A DNA stretch of 63,541 bases, filler included, from Sluysia triapertura (taxonomy: Eukaryota), in assembly GCA_046118255.1 (NCBI GenBank). It is 5 parts of 5 records of this genome, joined end to end, with 100 filler letters (N's around TTAATTAATTAA, not from the genome) between each part and the next. Parts side by side here need not be neighbours in the genome. Positions count along the whole stretch, not along the records: positions 38,681 to 52,762 come from JBJNIA010006550.1; positions 52,863 to 63,541 come from JBJNIA010193149.1; 3 more parts are not named here. The stretch is one strand, 5' to 3'. Below the pieces are notes generated by a model, which searched no databases, was not told where the DNA came from, and saw only the letters and a program-made list of their open reading frames with translations. A program made the position numbers and the translations under genes. Shown here piece by piece: positions 40,801-54,900 of this stretch (the stretch's first letter is position 1; the number at the start of each line of letters is the position of its first letter).

Positions 40801-41373
40801 AATTCTCTTGTTGTTATCTAAAATTTTGTTCCAAATATTTTATGCTAAAACTTACCTACACATACTTAATTTATTCCAAGATGTCTTCCAATAAATTGAA
40901 ACATTTGAACAATAATTTTTGTTTAATTTAATTTCTTTTATTTTAATTTAATTTCTTATTTTAAATTTTATTATTTATAGTTTAATTATAAAATTTTATT
41001 TATTTTGAATATTTGATTTAATATAACAATATATTTAATATAATAATAAATATTCAATAAAAATTTTACATATTAAACATATTTAAAACTACATATTAAA
41101 CACATTTAAATCCAACAATAGTTTATTTATTATTATCATATTATCATTATTATTAATTTTTAATTTTTGGTTAATTTTTAGTTGCTTAATGAGTAACTAA
41201 AATTATACCATAATTATTGTACTTACTGTTACTATTATTACTACAACTACTTTTATTATAAACATTACTACTGTCGCTAGTGCTACCATTAGGGTCTTTG
41301 CTATTTCCACGACTCCTGTTGCCACGATATCTGAAATTATAAAAATTTAAAATATAATTAACCAATTTCAATA

Positions 41374-41823
41374 ATGAAATCTAATGAATCAAGTATACAA
41401 AAATTTAAAGAAGGTAAACTCCAAGTTGATTCACCAGATAATTCTAATATTTATCAAACATCCAAAATTAATCATAGCGCTATTTCACATCCAGTTTTAA
41501 TAAATGATATAGATTTAGATGAGTATAAAATTTCTTCTCAACGAAATGATCGAAGTGAATTATATGTAAATTATAAAGATTCTGAAAGAAATCTAATAAA
41601 TATGAATCCGAATGACTACATCGAATCACGAGTAATATCTGAAAATACTGAAACATCTGAAAAACTTTCTGAATCATTCATGGAAAAAATACACGAATTT
41701 GAAGCATCACTTGAAACTCAAAGCCTCGAATCTAAGGGAACAGAACCACTTATTCAAACAGAAATTGCTGACGTCTTAGCTGTCGATACTACAAAAAGAG
41801 CAACAACATTATATTCTTGGTGA
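41374..41823 (+). CDS. Orphan acidic, Ser-rich 149-aa ORF
   Basis: ATG start, open for 149 codons in extremely AT-rich DNA, protein-like composition. The frame continues for about 50 codons after the TGA. No recognised domain. Confidence 0.45.
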   Translation: MKSNESSIQKFKEGKLQVDSPDNSNIYQTSKINHSAISHPVLINDIDLDEYKISSQRNDRSELYVNYKDSERNLINMNPNDYIESRVISENTETSEKLSESFMEKIHEFEASLETQSLESKGTEPLIQTEIADVLAVDTTKRATTLYSW

Positions 41824-41959
41824 CATTATTGGAGACACTGCAGCTATTATGAGTATAAATGTACCCAAAAACAAATTCGAGTATCTGAGAGATCTACTTC
41901 GTCAATGATATTATTGTTGAAAGACATTAGGCGACGTGATATCAGTAATTTTTACTTTT

Positions 41960-42190
41960 TATTTATTGCTGTTTAATAAAATTTTACGAAATTTTGTTGA
42001 CTTGATTTTTGTAAAATTTAGTTTCGTTTTTAAAGGCCTTAAGCCTATGTTATTCAATAATTTATTAATAGTTAAAAATTTTAATGTTTTAAATTGATTG
42101 TTTAGTAAATTAGCCAAAATCTCAATAACGAATAAATTTATAAAGTTATAATTTTTCATTTAGTAATAAGCCCTCCAAATCTACCTTCAA
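41960..42190 (-). repeat. Dispersed repeat, homologous to 8340-8560 (+)
   Basis: Same shared motifs as 8340-8560. Also shares GAAGGTAGAT (EGR) with the reverse complement of family X copy F near 57917-57926. Confidence 0.75.
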
Positions 42191-42601
42191 CATATCTTTT
42201 AAATTTTGTTAAATTCATAAATAAGAATGTTAGAGCATAGTCACAAATTGTTCTATCCACTATATATTCATTACAAGTTAACACTAATTTGACCTATATT
42301 ATTAATAGTATCAATAGACGACCTGAATATAGTATCATCTATTAATTATTATGTTTCTTGTAAAATGCAAGTTAATTTTTGATTTAAATTGCAAATAGTT
42401 TAAATTGCTTTCATATTTTAAATCTTCAAAGTATTATAAAGTTTCTTTGTTTTAATATACAAAATGTTAAATAGTTTTTCTAAAATTTTTACTACATTTT
42501 TGTTAAATAAAATTATACCACATATATTTACTTAGACATTTTTTGGCTTGTTCTATTGATTAAAAGATAAACATATTTTAATAATTTCTTATCGCTTATT
42601 A

Positions 42602-45600
42602 ATGGCAGCCGAGATTAGTTGGGAAAAAGTAATTTATTTTACTTACTTTAATAGTTTATAGTTTGAGAATAAATTAAAAGCTCTTGTTCCTTCATTAGAG
42701 CCTGAAGTTATATCAAAACTGCGTTCTACTTTTATGGAAATTAATATAAATGTAATTGTATCACCAGAATTTAAAAGTTTTATCAAATCAACAATTGATA
42801 GTTATACTGAAGATACATCTAATATTTATAAAAAGTTGTTAGATTTTCGAAATAAGTTGAAATCCTGGAAAAAGAAAAAACGAAAATTAAATGATGATAA
42901 TATTGAAACACCTACAAAAGTCTTCATTAAAGAAGAAAAAGCTTTAGTTGAAGAAGCTATGAAAAGTATAGAAGAACATGAAAAAAAATCGTCTAAACAA
43001 TCTGAAATTCAAGACAGAAATGCAGAAATGTCTCAAAATAATGATAATGGAAATAGTATTCGTCTTAGGGAATTTAATATTTTTGAAGCATGTAAGTTTT
43101 TTATGCGTAATGTTAATATTGTGTAGTTAACTTTACAAGTGTTAATAAGGATGTTGCTGGTAAAAACAAAAAGAAGCAGTTTAAAACATCCATTCCAATT
43201 GATAATTTAAACAAATCTAAACAAAAAGGTAACATGAAAAAAACAGTATCAGAAAATTTATTTAAGCGTCTGTCAGATAAAACAGAATCAGAAAGTAATA
43301 CAAAAGAACCAGTTATTACAAAATCGGAGCCATTAGATAAGACTCCAAGAACTTCTTTAGATGTCATTAGTGACTTATCTAAAACGAGTTTAGAAACAAC
43401 TAAAACTTCGAAACCTAGTTTAACTCCAATTTCTAATGCGAATAAATCGTCAAGTGATATGCCCACCAAAATTCAGAAAAGAATCGAAAAACTGGAAAAA
43501 TTATTATTTGTAATTTGTTTTTATTTTATTAATGTTCATTAGGACACTCAAAGAGAAGTTGAAAGAAGAGAAGAAGAAGAATTAACATTAGATGATTTAG
43601 ATGATGAATGTAGTTCTTATGTCCATCTTGATAAATTGAAGAGCCATTGTGTAATAATTTGGAAAAATATTGAAAAATTAAAAAAACAAAAAAGTTCTCT
43701 GGGTCAAAAATATTACAGAAAATTTACATATAATGGTTAGCTATTTGTTACAAATTTAAGTAAATTTAAACAATAAATACTGTATTTTCGAGTATATAAG
43801 TGCACCTAATTTTTTGGAATAAATTAAAAATTTACTGCAGAGATGACAAACAGATTTAGAATATTTGAAATCAACACAAGATATTTTATTCGTCACAGTA
43901 GTTGTGAAACTCTTACTCAGAATAACAATTACTATAAGCAAATACATTTTCAAAAGCATCCGAATCTTCATTTACCGAATTCATAAGTCTCGCAGAAGTG
44001 GTTTGAAATTCCTGCTTGATTGAATTCAAAATGATCTCATTATGATTTTCCAAACTGGTCCTGGTTGGTTGAAAGAATGATTGCAAAATAGTTTTCATCT
44101 CAGGATCAGCACAAGTTTGAGCTTTGTTCCATCAACCAAACAATAAAGGGCTGTTGTAAATGATTCTTTTCAATTTTCATTTTGTGATACTTTTACATCA
44201 ACAGTTCTGTTTAAAAGTCAGTTATGTGTAATTGGAGTTTCTTTCGTGCTTCATATTTGATTTGGAAGAATGTTAGTCTGTTTTTTTAGTTGAATTACAA
44301 ACTTGCAAAAATTCTTATTTCAGTTCAAACTGAATTGAAATTTCCATTTAAATCGGCAACATGTTTTCCTGTAGCCATTTTTGTACTGGCAGGAAACTTA
44401 CTACTTTGATCAACCTAAGTTCTATTCATTCTTCGACATGTTCATTTTGTTTTAGTTGTTTCCCACAATCCGGATCTCCTTGGTATATTTGGCAACTTCT
44501 ATCTTGAATGCAATAGCGCGAAGCATTTGTTATTTTCTCTATATATATTGGGTTTTGTAATTTCGTTATTTCCTATTATAGCGGATTATAAAATTGCGAC
44601 AATTAAATTTAAGAACAAAGATTTAATTTCAAAAGCATTTAAATAATCTTAAAATAAAAATAAAATTTCTAAAATAAACGTGAAAGAATATCTCTGTAAT
44701 TTTAAGAAACATCTTAAAATCAAGAGTAAACGAAAGAGAATAAATGAAACAGATTGGAACTGACCAGATTTAATTATCAAATTGAGAAGGTTGTGAGTTA
44801 GAATGTAAAATAAAAAACTTGATAGAAATATAAACAACTTGAAATATTACAATATTACAAAATACAATATTGATATCTTATGAACCGCCTAAGACATACA
44901 GTTTATATCATTCAGTAAGATAAACAAATGTTGAAACTGAAAAAAAGCAGTACCTTTAGAAATTTGGCGACTTGAGTTATCTTTGTTTAGAAAATATTTA
45001 TAATATCTAAGACGATTCGAAAGCTTATAATTCAATTTACGTTTTAATCCCTGTTTTTGAATGTATCTCGTGTGTCGTTTTTATTATGTATTGTAATATT
45101 TCTATTGTATAAATTTTATAAGCGCACCTAAAAGAATAAGAATAAATTGTGTAATTAGTAGTGAATAAGAAACTAGTAACGATAATTACAATGGTTGGTC
45201 AGAAGTAGATAAAACACCAATTCTTGAAAATTTTATGGGAATTTCGCAGAAATGATCCACAAAATATATTTGAGGTTTTATTTAATTTCATTACTACCGA
45301 ATCAAATCGGTATTATCAACAAAATATCTAAAAATTTATAGAAGCTAAAAAGTCTAAAAAACTTTATCTATTAAAATCGTAAAATTTGATTTAAAAAATG
45401 TTGCGTTTAAAAATGCATGCGTCTTCAAATTCCGTAAAACAGCCAGCGATGTGCGTAAAGTTTCCAAAAAATAGCCTGCGATAATACGTATCTGCAAATT
45501 GGACCCACATGGGCGTATAAATTAGTAATACAATCAACACAAAATAGAAAACAAGTAGATGAAAAATTGGTTATATTATTACGGTAATGAATACATTAGG

Positions 45601-48069
45601 ATCATTTAAATATATAAGAAAATTAGTCAATATATAATACAATATAAATTAATTAAAAGATTTATAGTAGAATTATGGAGACCTCTATAAAGCTTTAACA
45701 TTCAATTTGTATATGAATTTTGATTGATTTGATATGCAAAGCATTTATAAAAAGCAAACTAATTCTTAAAGGCAATTCCATTAATGTAAAATAAATAAAT
45801 TGGTGACGTTTTTAAGTAATTTAAATTTAAGTAATTAAACAAATTGCACAATAATTAAATTGAATGATATTTAATTGCCACTATAGTAATCGTAATATTC
45901 ACATCCCCATCAAGTGTTCATTCAATTCCACCACATTTTCTACTTATGCAGAGTGCACTAATATTTGACACTTTTATAATCTACAGAAATTTTTTTAAGA
46001 AAATTTTCTAAGCATAATTAGAGCAAATATTTCGTGCGTAATTGTGGAACAGTAAGATGAAGTGCGTACGGCTTTGTGCTATGTTGATTTTTGCACAAAA
46101 ATTGCAATGAATATATAGTTTGCATATAAAGGGTGTCCGAAAAGTAACCGAACCGCAAACTTAAATAAAAATTAGATATCAAAAGCGACAAATGTCATTT
46201 TATGTTATCTTCGCTACTATTCATTACCTTCTGCGAATGACTTTGGAAGTCTTTGGAATGACTTTTTTTGCGTGATCATATTGATTTTGTTCTGAGGTCA
46301 TTGCTTGTTTTTTTGTTCAGGGTGCGTTTCTGGACCCTCATTCTTAAGAATGCAGTGAAGAACTTTAGTTATAAACTTTTTTTATATTAATAAACTTTGT
46401 TATTAATAATTACTATTCAAGAACTAGCTACAAGTATGTTGAAGAAAGATGGGAACCAAACTTCAGAACACCTGTACCGAGTAAGTCGATAATGTTCAAT
46501 CTTGTATCCAAGTGTGAAGTAAGTGGAAGTGTGTCAAATGCTCCTAAAGAAGGTCCGAAGTTCGTTCATCTGAAAACAGGGATATAATGGCAGCTGCATT
46601 TCTTCATTCTAAAAAAATCTATCGAAAGAGCTGAACATTTCTCAAACCTCACTCCACCGTATCTTGCATGACACTGGTCTAAAACTATACAGAATTCATC
46701 TAAATGAGGACGACCCGAATAAACGATTAGAATTTTCTATGGGGAGTTCTAGAGAACGCAATTTATGCTAAAAATCCTAGGACAATTGATCAACTAAAAC
46801 AAAGTATTCAGCACGAATTGGACCAAATTTCATAGAAAACTTGCCAGAAAGTATGTTGCAGTGTTGTCAAAAAATGTTAAGGTGGACATTTTGAACATTT
46901 GTAAATCCTAAATATACCTATTAAATTTGTCGTTTTTGATATCTAATTTTTATTTAAGTTTGCGGTTCGGTTACTTTTGGGATACTCTGTGTATTTGATT
47001 TTATTAAATTTTTTATGTTTCAGGTTCACTTGTGCAAGTGGACTATTTTAATGTTAGTAATGCTTTAATAGTTTTAATACTCAGCAATATCTTAATGAGT
47101 TATCTTATTTTGATTCACTTATTAAATATCAAATAATGCCAAAGTAATAAACAGCATTTAATAATTTGTGTAAGTGCTGTGTACGTTTTTATAAAAGATG
47201 AATAATTTACAAACAAAAATAGCTTCAGGAAATATTTGTATATGTTTTTTAAAATTTAAATAAATACCTTTTTAATACATAATATTGTCAAACCATATCT
47301 TTATTATTTTAAATTTTAGAACTACCCCAAACTGAGCTTAATCGTCGGATTGAAAAATTTGTTCGCAATAAACGCTTTCCTGATTACCTTGATGTTCAAA
47401 ATTTAGTGTCTGAATTCTTTCAAGATAAAAGAATACCAATGAGGTAATTTTAAAAATATAATTAAAACTTCTCTTAAACATAAACTTTAATATTATTATC
47501 ATTTGTATTCATAAATATTTGCTATCAAGTTATTAGTGCTGAAGTGTCTGTCATGCGTAGATATAAATTTATAATACATAAAGATAGATTTTGACATCCG
47601 TCACCTTTGTAGCTACATATTCCATCTTGGCAACTTAGTATCAAAAACTGATACAATCTTAACTTGTTTTTCGCATTATTAATTCGATTGAGCATAAGTG
47701 ATACTTTTGACTTTGGTTTCTTTAACATTCGTAGGTTTTTCTAATTCGGAAAATTTTATTTTTTATAATTATTTTCAAATTTAAGAATTATGCAGAATTG
47801 TATATATTATAATTTCGTAATATTAAATTTTAATAGTGATATTTTTCATTTAGTTCCCAAAAAATTGCACAACTTTCTCAGGATATTTTTCTAGGTGTTG
47901 GGAATAAACTGAAAAAGCTGAGGATTAATCATTTTGAAAAGTATTTTGGTAACCATTTGACTGATAAAGTTAGGTCAGTGATAGTTTATTCAATTTGGTA
48001 TATTTAACATCCATGTAAAGTACTAAAATTCTTATTAAAATGTATACTACTACTAATAATAATAATAAT

Positions 48070-48115
<46 letters not shown>

Positions 48116-49990
48116 TTAATAATAATAGAATTATTGTATAATAATGTTATAATATGTTTTTGACTTCATGTGTTTAAATTTTCGTCTATAATAATCTATC
48201 TCAATTTTTATTACTTTAAAATTAATCTTTTATTTTTATTGGTTTAGTTTAATTGGTTTTATGTTTTAGTCTTTCTAAAGCGTTCATCTTTTAAATTTGT
48301 TGTAGCTTAATATTTATTTTGAAGGTTGTAGTGTTTTACTCGTTTCAGTTATAAGAGATGGAAGTGCAATTGATTTTACAAATTTAAAATTCAAACTTTC
48401 TCTCGAAAAATTTAATTACGATAAGGTTTATAAGAAACTGTTATAAGTAATAGAATAAAATATCGTGAATAAAATAATTTGATGGCCTATAATTATTTTA
48501 ATAGTTTTAGTTATTGTTTGAATATTATTTTTACGCATAATAATATTCTTTATATTGTTATTGGACTTTTAATCACTATTAACTAAACCCAACTTTTGAA
48601 ATGTTATTACCAGTCTACCTATATAGATTGCTGATATATTTTCACCAATTCACCAAATTTACCTTTACTGATTGGTCTTTATATAGTGTTTCCATTCCAA
48701 TATAAATTTGTTAAGATTTCAGTATTAATAAAATTTCAGTGCAGAGTTGAAATTTTCAATATTAGTAGTTGAGACTTAATAATTAAATTGTATTGTAATA
48801 ACATATATTATACTTAAAATATTTTTTAAAATAATTTTAATATCTCCAAATGATTATTTCCAGAATAACTGAAGATCCGATATTAAAAGACGAAACTCTT
48901 CGTAGAGCGTTATCTAAGAATTTATTTGAAGGTAAACAAAAGTTAGATAAAGTAGGTTTTAATTTTATAATATACATTATATATCAAGATATAATAATAA
49001 TAATAATCATAATAATATCAAAGAGCCAAAATAATATTGTAAACTAATAATAAAACACTAGAATAAGTATTTATGTTTTAAAAAATATTTTCAATTAAAC
49101 TTTCAAATTATATATTCAATAATAAAGTCGTTTCGTCAACTTTTTAACATCAATAAACAGTTTATTTCTGTCTAATATAATGTAATACAATAATCACTGC
49201 CGACAGTTAATCTAACGCCAATAATTCATAACAACTTAATTTATGGTAAAACACTTATAGATTTATGATTATCTTAATTTTTCATATTATCTAACACATC
49301 TGTATTTCCACAATATTAATCAATTCTGTGATCGATCAATCTGGAATATTTAAGATTTAAGTTAATGTAAAAGTTAATTTAGCGTGTTTTCATTTTGACT
49401 TTATTGAAACTGTAAGATCGGTACTTATTGTGTTTTACTTATAAACATTTAGAACAAGAAAGGTAGCAGAGAAAGAAAGAATATCACAGTTTTATTTCCA
49501 GATAACAAAAGCTTTTTGATATCTTATAAGAGGATCTGCGTCAAATAACAGTAAATGGTTAGAAAATAGAAGTTTGCAATAATTTAATTATAAAGTTTGA
49601 GGAGATTTCAGTTTTTTTACAATTTTAGGCTATATCGTTGATGGGATAATTACAATTATTGATATTCATTTTTTGTAATAAACAGTAGAAAGAAGTGAGG
49701 CCTTTAGCTAAATGTTGAAAAATTTTAAGAGTTTTGAATGGTGCGTGTTTTTTGGCTTGTATCACCTGTATTACAATTAATCAAATCTAGTATTGTTTGA
49801 TTTATGTAACTAGGACGATGAAGACAGTTTACTTCCTTTTTTAACAATCCCGATATAAATTTGCCCGTTATCTTCTTAATCTATTTAAAATAAATTTTGG
49901 TCTTTGAAATGAATGCTTTAAGGTTATTCTTACATAAACTCACGCACACGTAACAAATTATATTTAAATTTATATTTAATTCAGTGTCTG

Positions 49991-50056
<66 letters not shown>

Positions 50057-52762
50057 GCGACAATAATAATTTCATAATATTAAATAAAACTAAAATCTCT
50101 TAATAATTTCAGTAGCATCAGAATAAATGTCTTAAAATTTCTGAAATCAAGAAGAATGTTAAAATCATAATAAATAAATCAAAATTAAGTAATTTAAAAT
50201 CGCAATAAATACTTTATAGGTCAAAAATATATAACATAATTACAATGAAACAGCAAAAATACGGAAAATGACAAAATTATTGTAGAATAGTACCATACAA
50301 AAATCATCACAATCTAGAATGCACAGGTAAAAAGATTGTAATAAACATAATGAATGAATGTTACTATAAAATTGAGAAAACGATTAAGACTATAGTTTGA
50401 AAAAGATTATAATAAACCTATACACTTTACGATGCATTTAGACTCACCAACAATTACATTATTTGGAGAAAATTACTATAAAGAATATTAGGCTATTAAC
50501 AACCGCAACATTAAAATGAGAAAACGAAAATCAGATTATACGTTCTAAATCATCAACTATGGAATTTTTCGGAAATTTCCATTACGGTGAATTATTTTAA
50601 GGATTGTTGTTTATTTGATTTTATTTACATTTTTAAATAGGTGTAAATTATTGTAAATCTAAAATAATTTAGTGTAAATTTATTTAGTATATGTTTGAGT
50701 AAAAGTCCAAGCTCTGTAGATAATACATTAAGGCAAATATAATTATAAAATACAAAACACTTAACAAAGACATCAAAATGCGCTTAATTTAAGAAGTAAA
50801 TAAAAGAAAACAAAAAATAAAATGTTCCAAATATGGAGTGGAACTAATTACACTTAATTAGGAAACAGGTTAAACGGCGGCACCATAAGAACGAGAAAAT
50901 ATACGATTTTATTAAAATGGAAATGAAAAAACGAATACTTATAAACGCAAATTAGTACAGCCAAGCAAATAATTACTAAATAACTGCACACAAGACAAAA
51001 TTAAATATACAGATGATATTGGCTACATTATCACAAAAATACGTATTAAAATCATTTATGTTTTTTGTTATGAAAAACAACAATTGACAACTTTATAATT
51101 GATGTTTTATTTGAATATTTTATGTTTTGATTGCTGATATTAATCCAAAGGTAACTTTACATTAATCTATTAGTACCACTATTAAATTATTTTAAATTAA
51201 ATTTTAATTATTTTGCTCGATCCATTTTTAACTATATTTGTATTTGTATTTCTATTATAAAATATATCTTTGTGTGTTAAGCGTTTATTCATTTCCCAGT
51301 ATAATGTGTTATGTTTTTGAATTATTTTAATTAAAGAATTTACATTTCCATCTCTACCAACTTAGAACTAATATTCACGTCATACGAACCAATTTGATTA
51401 ACCGAATTCTTAAAAAAATAAAAATGACCCATCGCACCTTAAAGTTAAAAGTTCATAACATTTGCGATAATTAGAATAAGTAATATATCAAATCTGGAAA
51501 GGTTGACTACTAAAGTGATACTTAACAGAAGCAAGAAATAAAAATATTTCTTTATCACATTACATTAATAATCGTTTTACCACCAACGCCTCATAGTACT
51601 TGCGGTTCAAAAAGTTTTCATTTGGCATTCAAAGTAATAATAGTAAAAGAAACAATGATTCAAATAGTGATAACGATGAAGAAGTTGTTGCAGATGATTT
51701 ACACAGTCTAAACTGTGGCTTGGTGAATCCAATGAGAATTCCAGTATACTGGATGCTTTTGGAATAAATAGTGCATAAAAGCATACCGAATACGACTTTT
51801 GTAAAAATATTTGATGTTATTGTCAATAAGATGAATAAATATATGAATTTTGTGCAGAATATGAACCTATGCCCAAAACGGAAATCATGGGTAGTCATTA
51901 ATGCAGTTTTTGCAATTATTTTGGTGATTCCTCATATAAGAAACACAATTTCTTAAATCTAGTCAACAGATTCAATTATTGTCATTGATTTTCTCGAAAT
52001 ACATGAGGAGAGGTATATTCAATTTATCGACAATGCTCTAAAAACGATAATAGTGATAAATTGTTGAAAATATGGTTAATTTTTAATGATTTATATGAAA
52101 AGTTTGCAAAATTTTTCATTGCAAAATCGACGAATCGTTTTTACTATTCAAAGGAAGACTGAACTTCAAACAATGTATTCCATCAAAATTTTTGTACTGT
52201 GCAATGGTCTTGAAGATGCTGATAGACAAAGGCTCTGAAATTGGCATTCTGCAAAGTGAAGCGTTAGGTCATCCGTCGCAATAAAAAACTTGTGGGCATC
52301 TTCTATAAACTGATAAATGGTACACTAGACCTAAATTGGCAGTTCACTTGAACCAGCAGAATATGGGTTTATGTGGTACAAATAAAAAATAGAACGTGCG
52401 AACCCAAATTGATTTCACTTTCCTCTTGATTACTTTTAAACCTCCCTATTCAAATTTAACCCAGTAGTACAGTAAATGTAATGATTACAAAAAACAAAAT
52501 AATACTAATAAATACTTTAATGTTATGATTGGAGTGGTGATTACAGGCTCCATGTCTGAATTTTCATTCCGAAATATATTAAATTTTTTATTTTTCATTA
52601 AGGTATTTAAAGAATATTTCTTGATACAAACAAATTTAGAAAAAGAACAAATTATAGATAGTGAACCGGAAGAAGATATTGCTACCGATACTGATATAGA
52701 GGAATTAGATAATATTGAAGAAGAGGATAATGATGACGATGATGTTCATGATGATGGTAATA
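42602..52762 (+). CDS. DAXX: DAXX-like histone H3.3 chaperone. Exons 42602-42628, 42662-43091, 43127-43509, 43543-43735, 47320-47443, 47854-47973, 48864-48951, 52603 to beyond 52762 (3' end lost in gap).
   Basis: All seven introns are GT-AG and phase-consistent. The spliced protein contains the DAXX histone-binding domain: RIEKLEKLL..EELTLDDLDDECSSY..LK..ELNRRIEKFV..FPDYLDV..SQDIFLGVGNKLKKLR..YFGNHLTD..DPILKDETLRRALSKN..KLDKVFKEY..Q, followed by the acidic tract. Confidence 0.93.
43760..44560 (-). mobile_element. Possible hAT (Charlie/ZBED5-like) transposase remnant in DAXX intron 4
   Basis: Weak motifs only: DCGKQ, FVIQLKKQTNI (compare FxLQLDESTD) and CLVDGT. Heavily degraded. Confidence 0.3.
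46129..46989 (+). mobile_element. Internally deleted Tc1/mariner element with TIRs of about 62 bp, in DAXX intron 4
   Basis: The TIR core AAAAGTAACCGAACCGCAAACTTAAATAAAAATTAGATATCAAAA-CGACAAAT is present at both ends in inverted orientation, with TA at the left. Transposase relics include PSKSIMFNLVSK..SGSV, LNEDDPNKRLEF and WGVLENAIYAKNPRTIDQLK...GGHFEHL. The catalytic core is deleted. Confidence 0.93.
48053..48126. repeat. (AAT)n microsatellite
   Basis: Direct observation. Confidence 0.9.
49991..50055. repeat. (ATT)n microsatellite
   Basis: Direct observation. Confidence 0.95.
51640..52400 (+). mobile_element. piggyBac transposase remnant in DAXX intron 7
   Basis: KIDESFLLFKGRLNFKQCIPSK (first catalytic D motif, about 52124-52190), GHLL*TDKWYT (DNWYT motif), acidic N-terminus and FDVIVNKMNKY. 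Confidence 0.88.
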
Positions 52763-52862
52763 NNNNNNNNNNNNNNNNNNNNNNNNNNNNNNNNNNNNNN
52801 NNNNNNTTAATTAATTAANNNNNNNNNNNNNNNNNNNNNNNNNNNNNNNNNNNNNNNNNNNN
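52763..52862. other. Artificial contig-join linker
   Basis: N-TTAATTAATTAA-N, 100 nt. Confidence 0.98.
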
Positions 52863-53178
52863 ATTTAACTGTAGGAAATAATAATTGTAGAATATTTATT
52901 GTGGAATAGAAATTGTTATGAAACATTATATACGGGTTAGTAAATGTAATAATTAATGATTCCTATCAATTTATTTCATTGTATGTTTATATATGTATTT
53001 TATTAATAAGTATATATATTAGTATGTCCAAGTTGTATGAAAATTCGAGGTAACATATTTTAATTCGTCTTTTCATTTCTATCATAATAAAGATCGCCAA
53101 TTAGTGTTTAAAAATTTTCTTAAATTTAAGTGAACACTGGAAAAGGTACCTATAGTTTGTGGGAGTTCTTTCATACTC

Positions 53179-53231
<53 letters not shown>
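53179..53231. repeat. (ATT)n microsatellite
   Basis: Direct observation. Confidence 0.95.
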
Positions 53232-54299
53232 GTGTTAAAATATATTGTTTTCTGGATACATATTGAACTTATGATGTATCATACATTCAACTTGTACATA
53301 ATAATTAAAAACTTGTAAAACATCTGAGAAATATTTAATATAGTATATCTAATAATATATTATGCAATCGAAATGTAGTTTAATATTATTGTATCTAGGA
53401 AGTCATGAATTAATATTATTCTAATTGGATAGTAGTTAAGTAATTATCTTTTCCCGTCATGTCCTACCCTTAGAGTCGGTTTCTTCAGAAATATTTTCAC
53501 AATATTAGAAATATATAAGTCAAATATTCAAGTTTAAAATAATACAAATTTTGATATTCAAAATAAACTAATAATAACTTATTAAATAATTAAATTAGTA
53601 ATATGATTATGCTTCGTTTTTATAATATAAAAGAAAAACAAAATGCCGATTTTTATATTTTATATTCACCGTTTTCTTACATCATTATTTAATTTCAAAA
53701 ATTTCTTTTATGATTATTGCTGTTGTTGTATCGAATTACTTAAATTTAGTATTACACATCAATATCAGTACAAAAAATGAAATTTAAGTTTTTGTATATC
53801 ATGTGATTTTATATTTAGACTGTTGAGTGTTTGTTGTTTCGCTATTACACCGACAAATTCAATATTTGTAAAGTCATACTTTATATTTAATTTTCAATGA
53901 CGCACTTAAAATTATATAATATATTATATTTCCGCTAATTTTATGTAATCACCACTAAACATTATTATGGCTATTAACTACCTGTTTCTGTGACATACTT
54001 TTCATTAGAAATCTCAAAATAGAAAATTATATTTAATTCATATATTAATTATTCTTTAGATTGCAATTTTTTACTTTAAGACATTGCTTTCAAAGTAATT
54101 TTAATGTAATACAAAGTATTAACTATTCACTATTAATAATATTGAATATAAAAAAAATAAGTTATAATTATTTTGAACATTAATAACAAAATGAGCACGT
54201 ATTAACATATTCTCTGCCTCAATATATAATCTACAACTTAAAAATTTTGTTACAATAAAATAAAACTCTAAAATTTGGTCGACAATCCAACCAATACCT

Positions 54300-54900
54300 A
54301 ACTCTGAGTATACTTGTATTTTTTCATTTATTGGAATCTGCTAGGAATCCGTTAGTTTGTTTACTTACTAATCTTGACCTTAGGTCCCGCTGGATTTTAA
54401 TGTTTTCTAATTGATTTTTAATTTCTCTTGACTATCATTTCATTAGGAAAAGGTCCTGTTTTATATTTGTTTACTTCAATTGTAACTTAAAGTTTGATGA
54501 TAATTTTAGAAGCTAAAGGCCTAAACTTATGTATTAAATTATTCTTTCCATCTTCTTTTGTATTAATTCCATCTTCATTCGTGATTTGTAAATTTAAAAA
54601 AATAATTTAATAAAAATAACAAATACTCTTGTTATTGCATTCATTTTCTGCCTTGTTCGCCATTTGTAAATAATTAAAAGTTAATTTAATAAAAAATAAA
54701 AATTACTTTTACATTTTTAATTTTTGAAATAAGAATCAATCGATCAAGAAAACAGTGATTCATCAATATATCAATTAAGTCACAGTATAAAAATAACCAT
54801 TATATTAAAAGAAATAAAAATTTTAATTCACCGCAACGTAAAAAGTTGCTAACAAATAACGTTATATATTTAGACTACTAAATTTAGTCGCTCTCACAAT
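54300..54900 (-). mobile_element. Possible Penelope-like reverse transcriptase relic
   Basis: YIDES (compare YVDD) followed by FLNLQITNEDG (compare FLDxxI). Very degraded. Confidence 0.3.

Noticed and set aside
43113-43469. 118-aa minus-strand ORF, and similar ones at 61785-62135, 41480-41677, 6045-6245 and 5912-6136
   Set aside because: Shadow frames of real or formerly real coding sequence on the other strand or in another frame.
48550-51050. LINE reverse transcriptase relics in DAXX introns (RPIS-like and GSV-like patches), also at 30400-30800 and 39100-39500
   Set aside because: Too decayed to translate coherently by eye. Needs a profile search.
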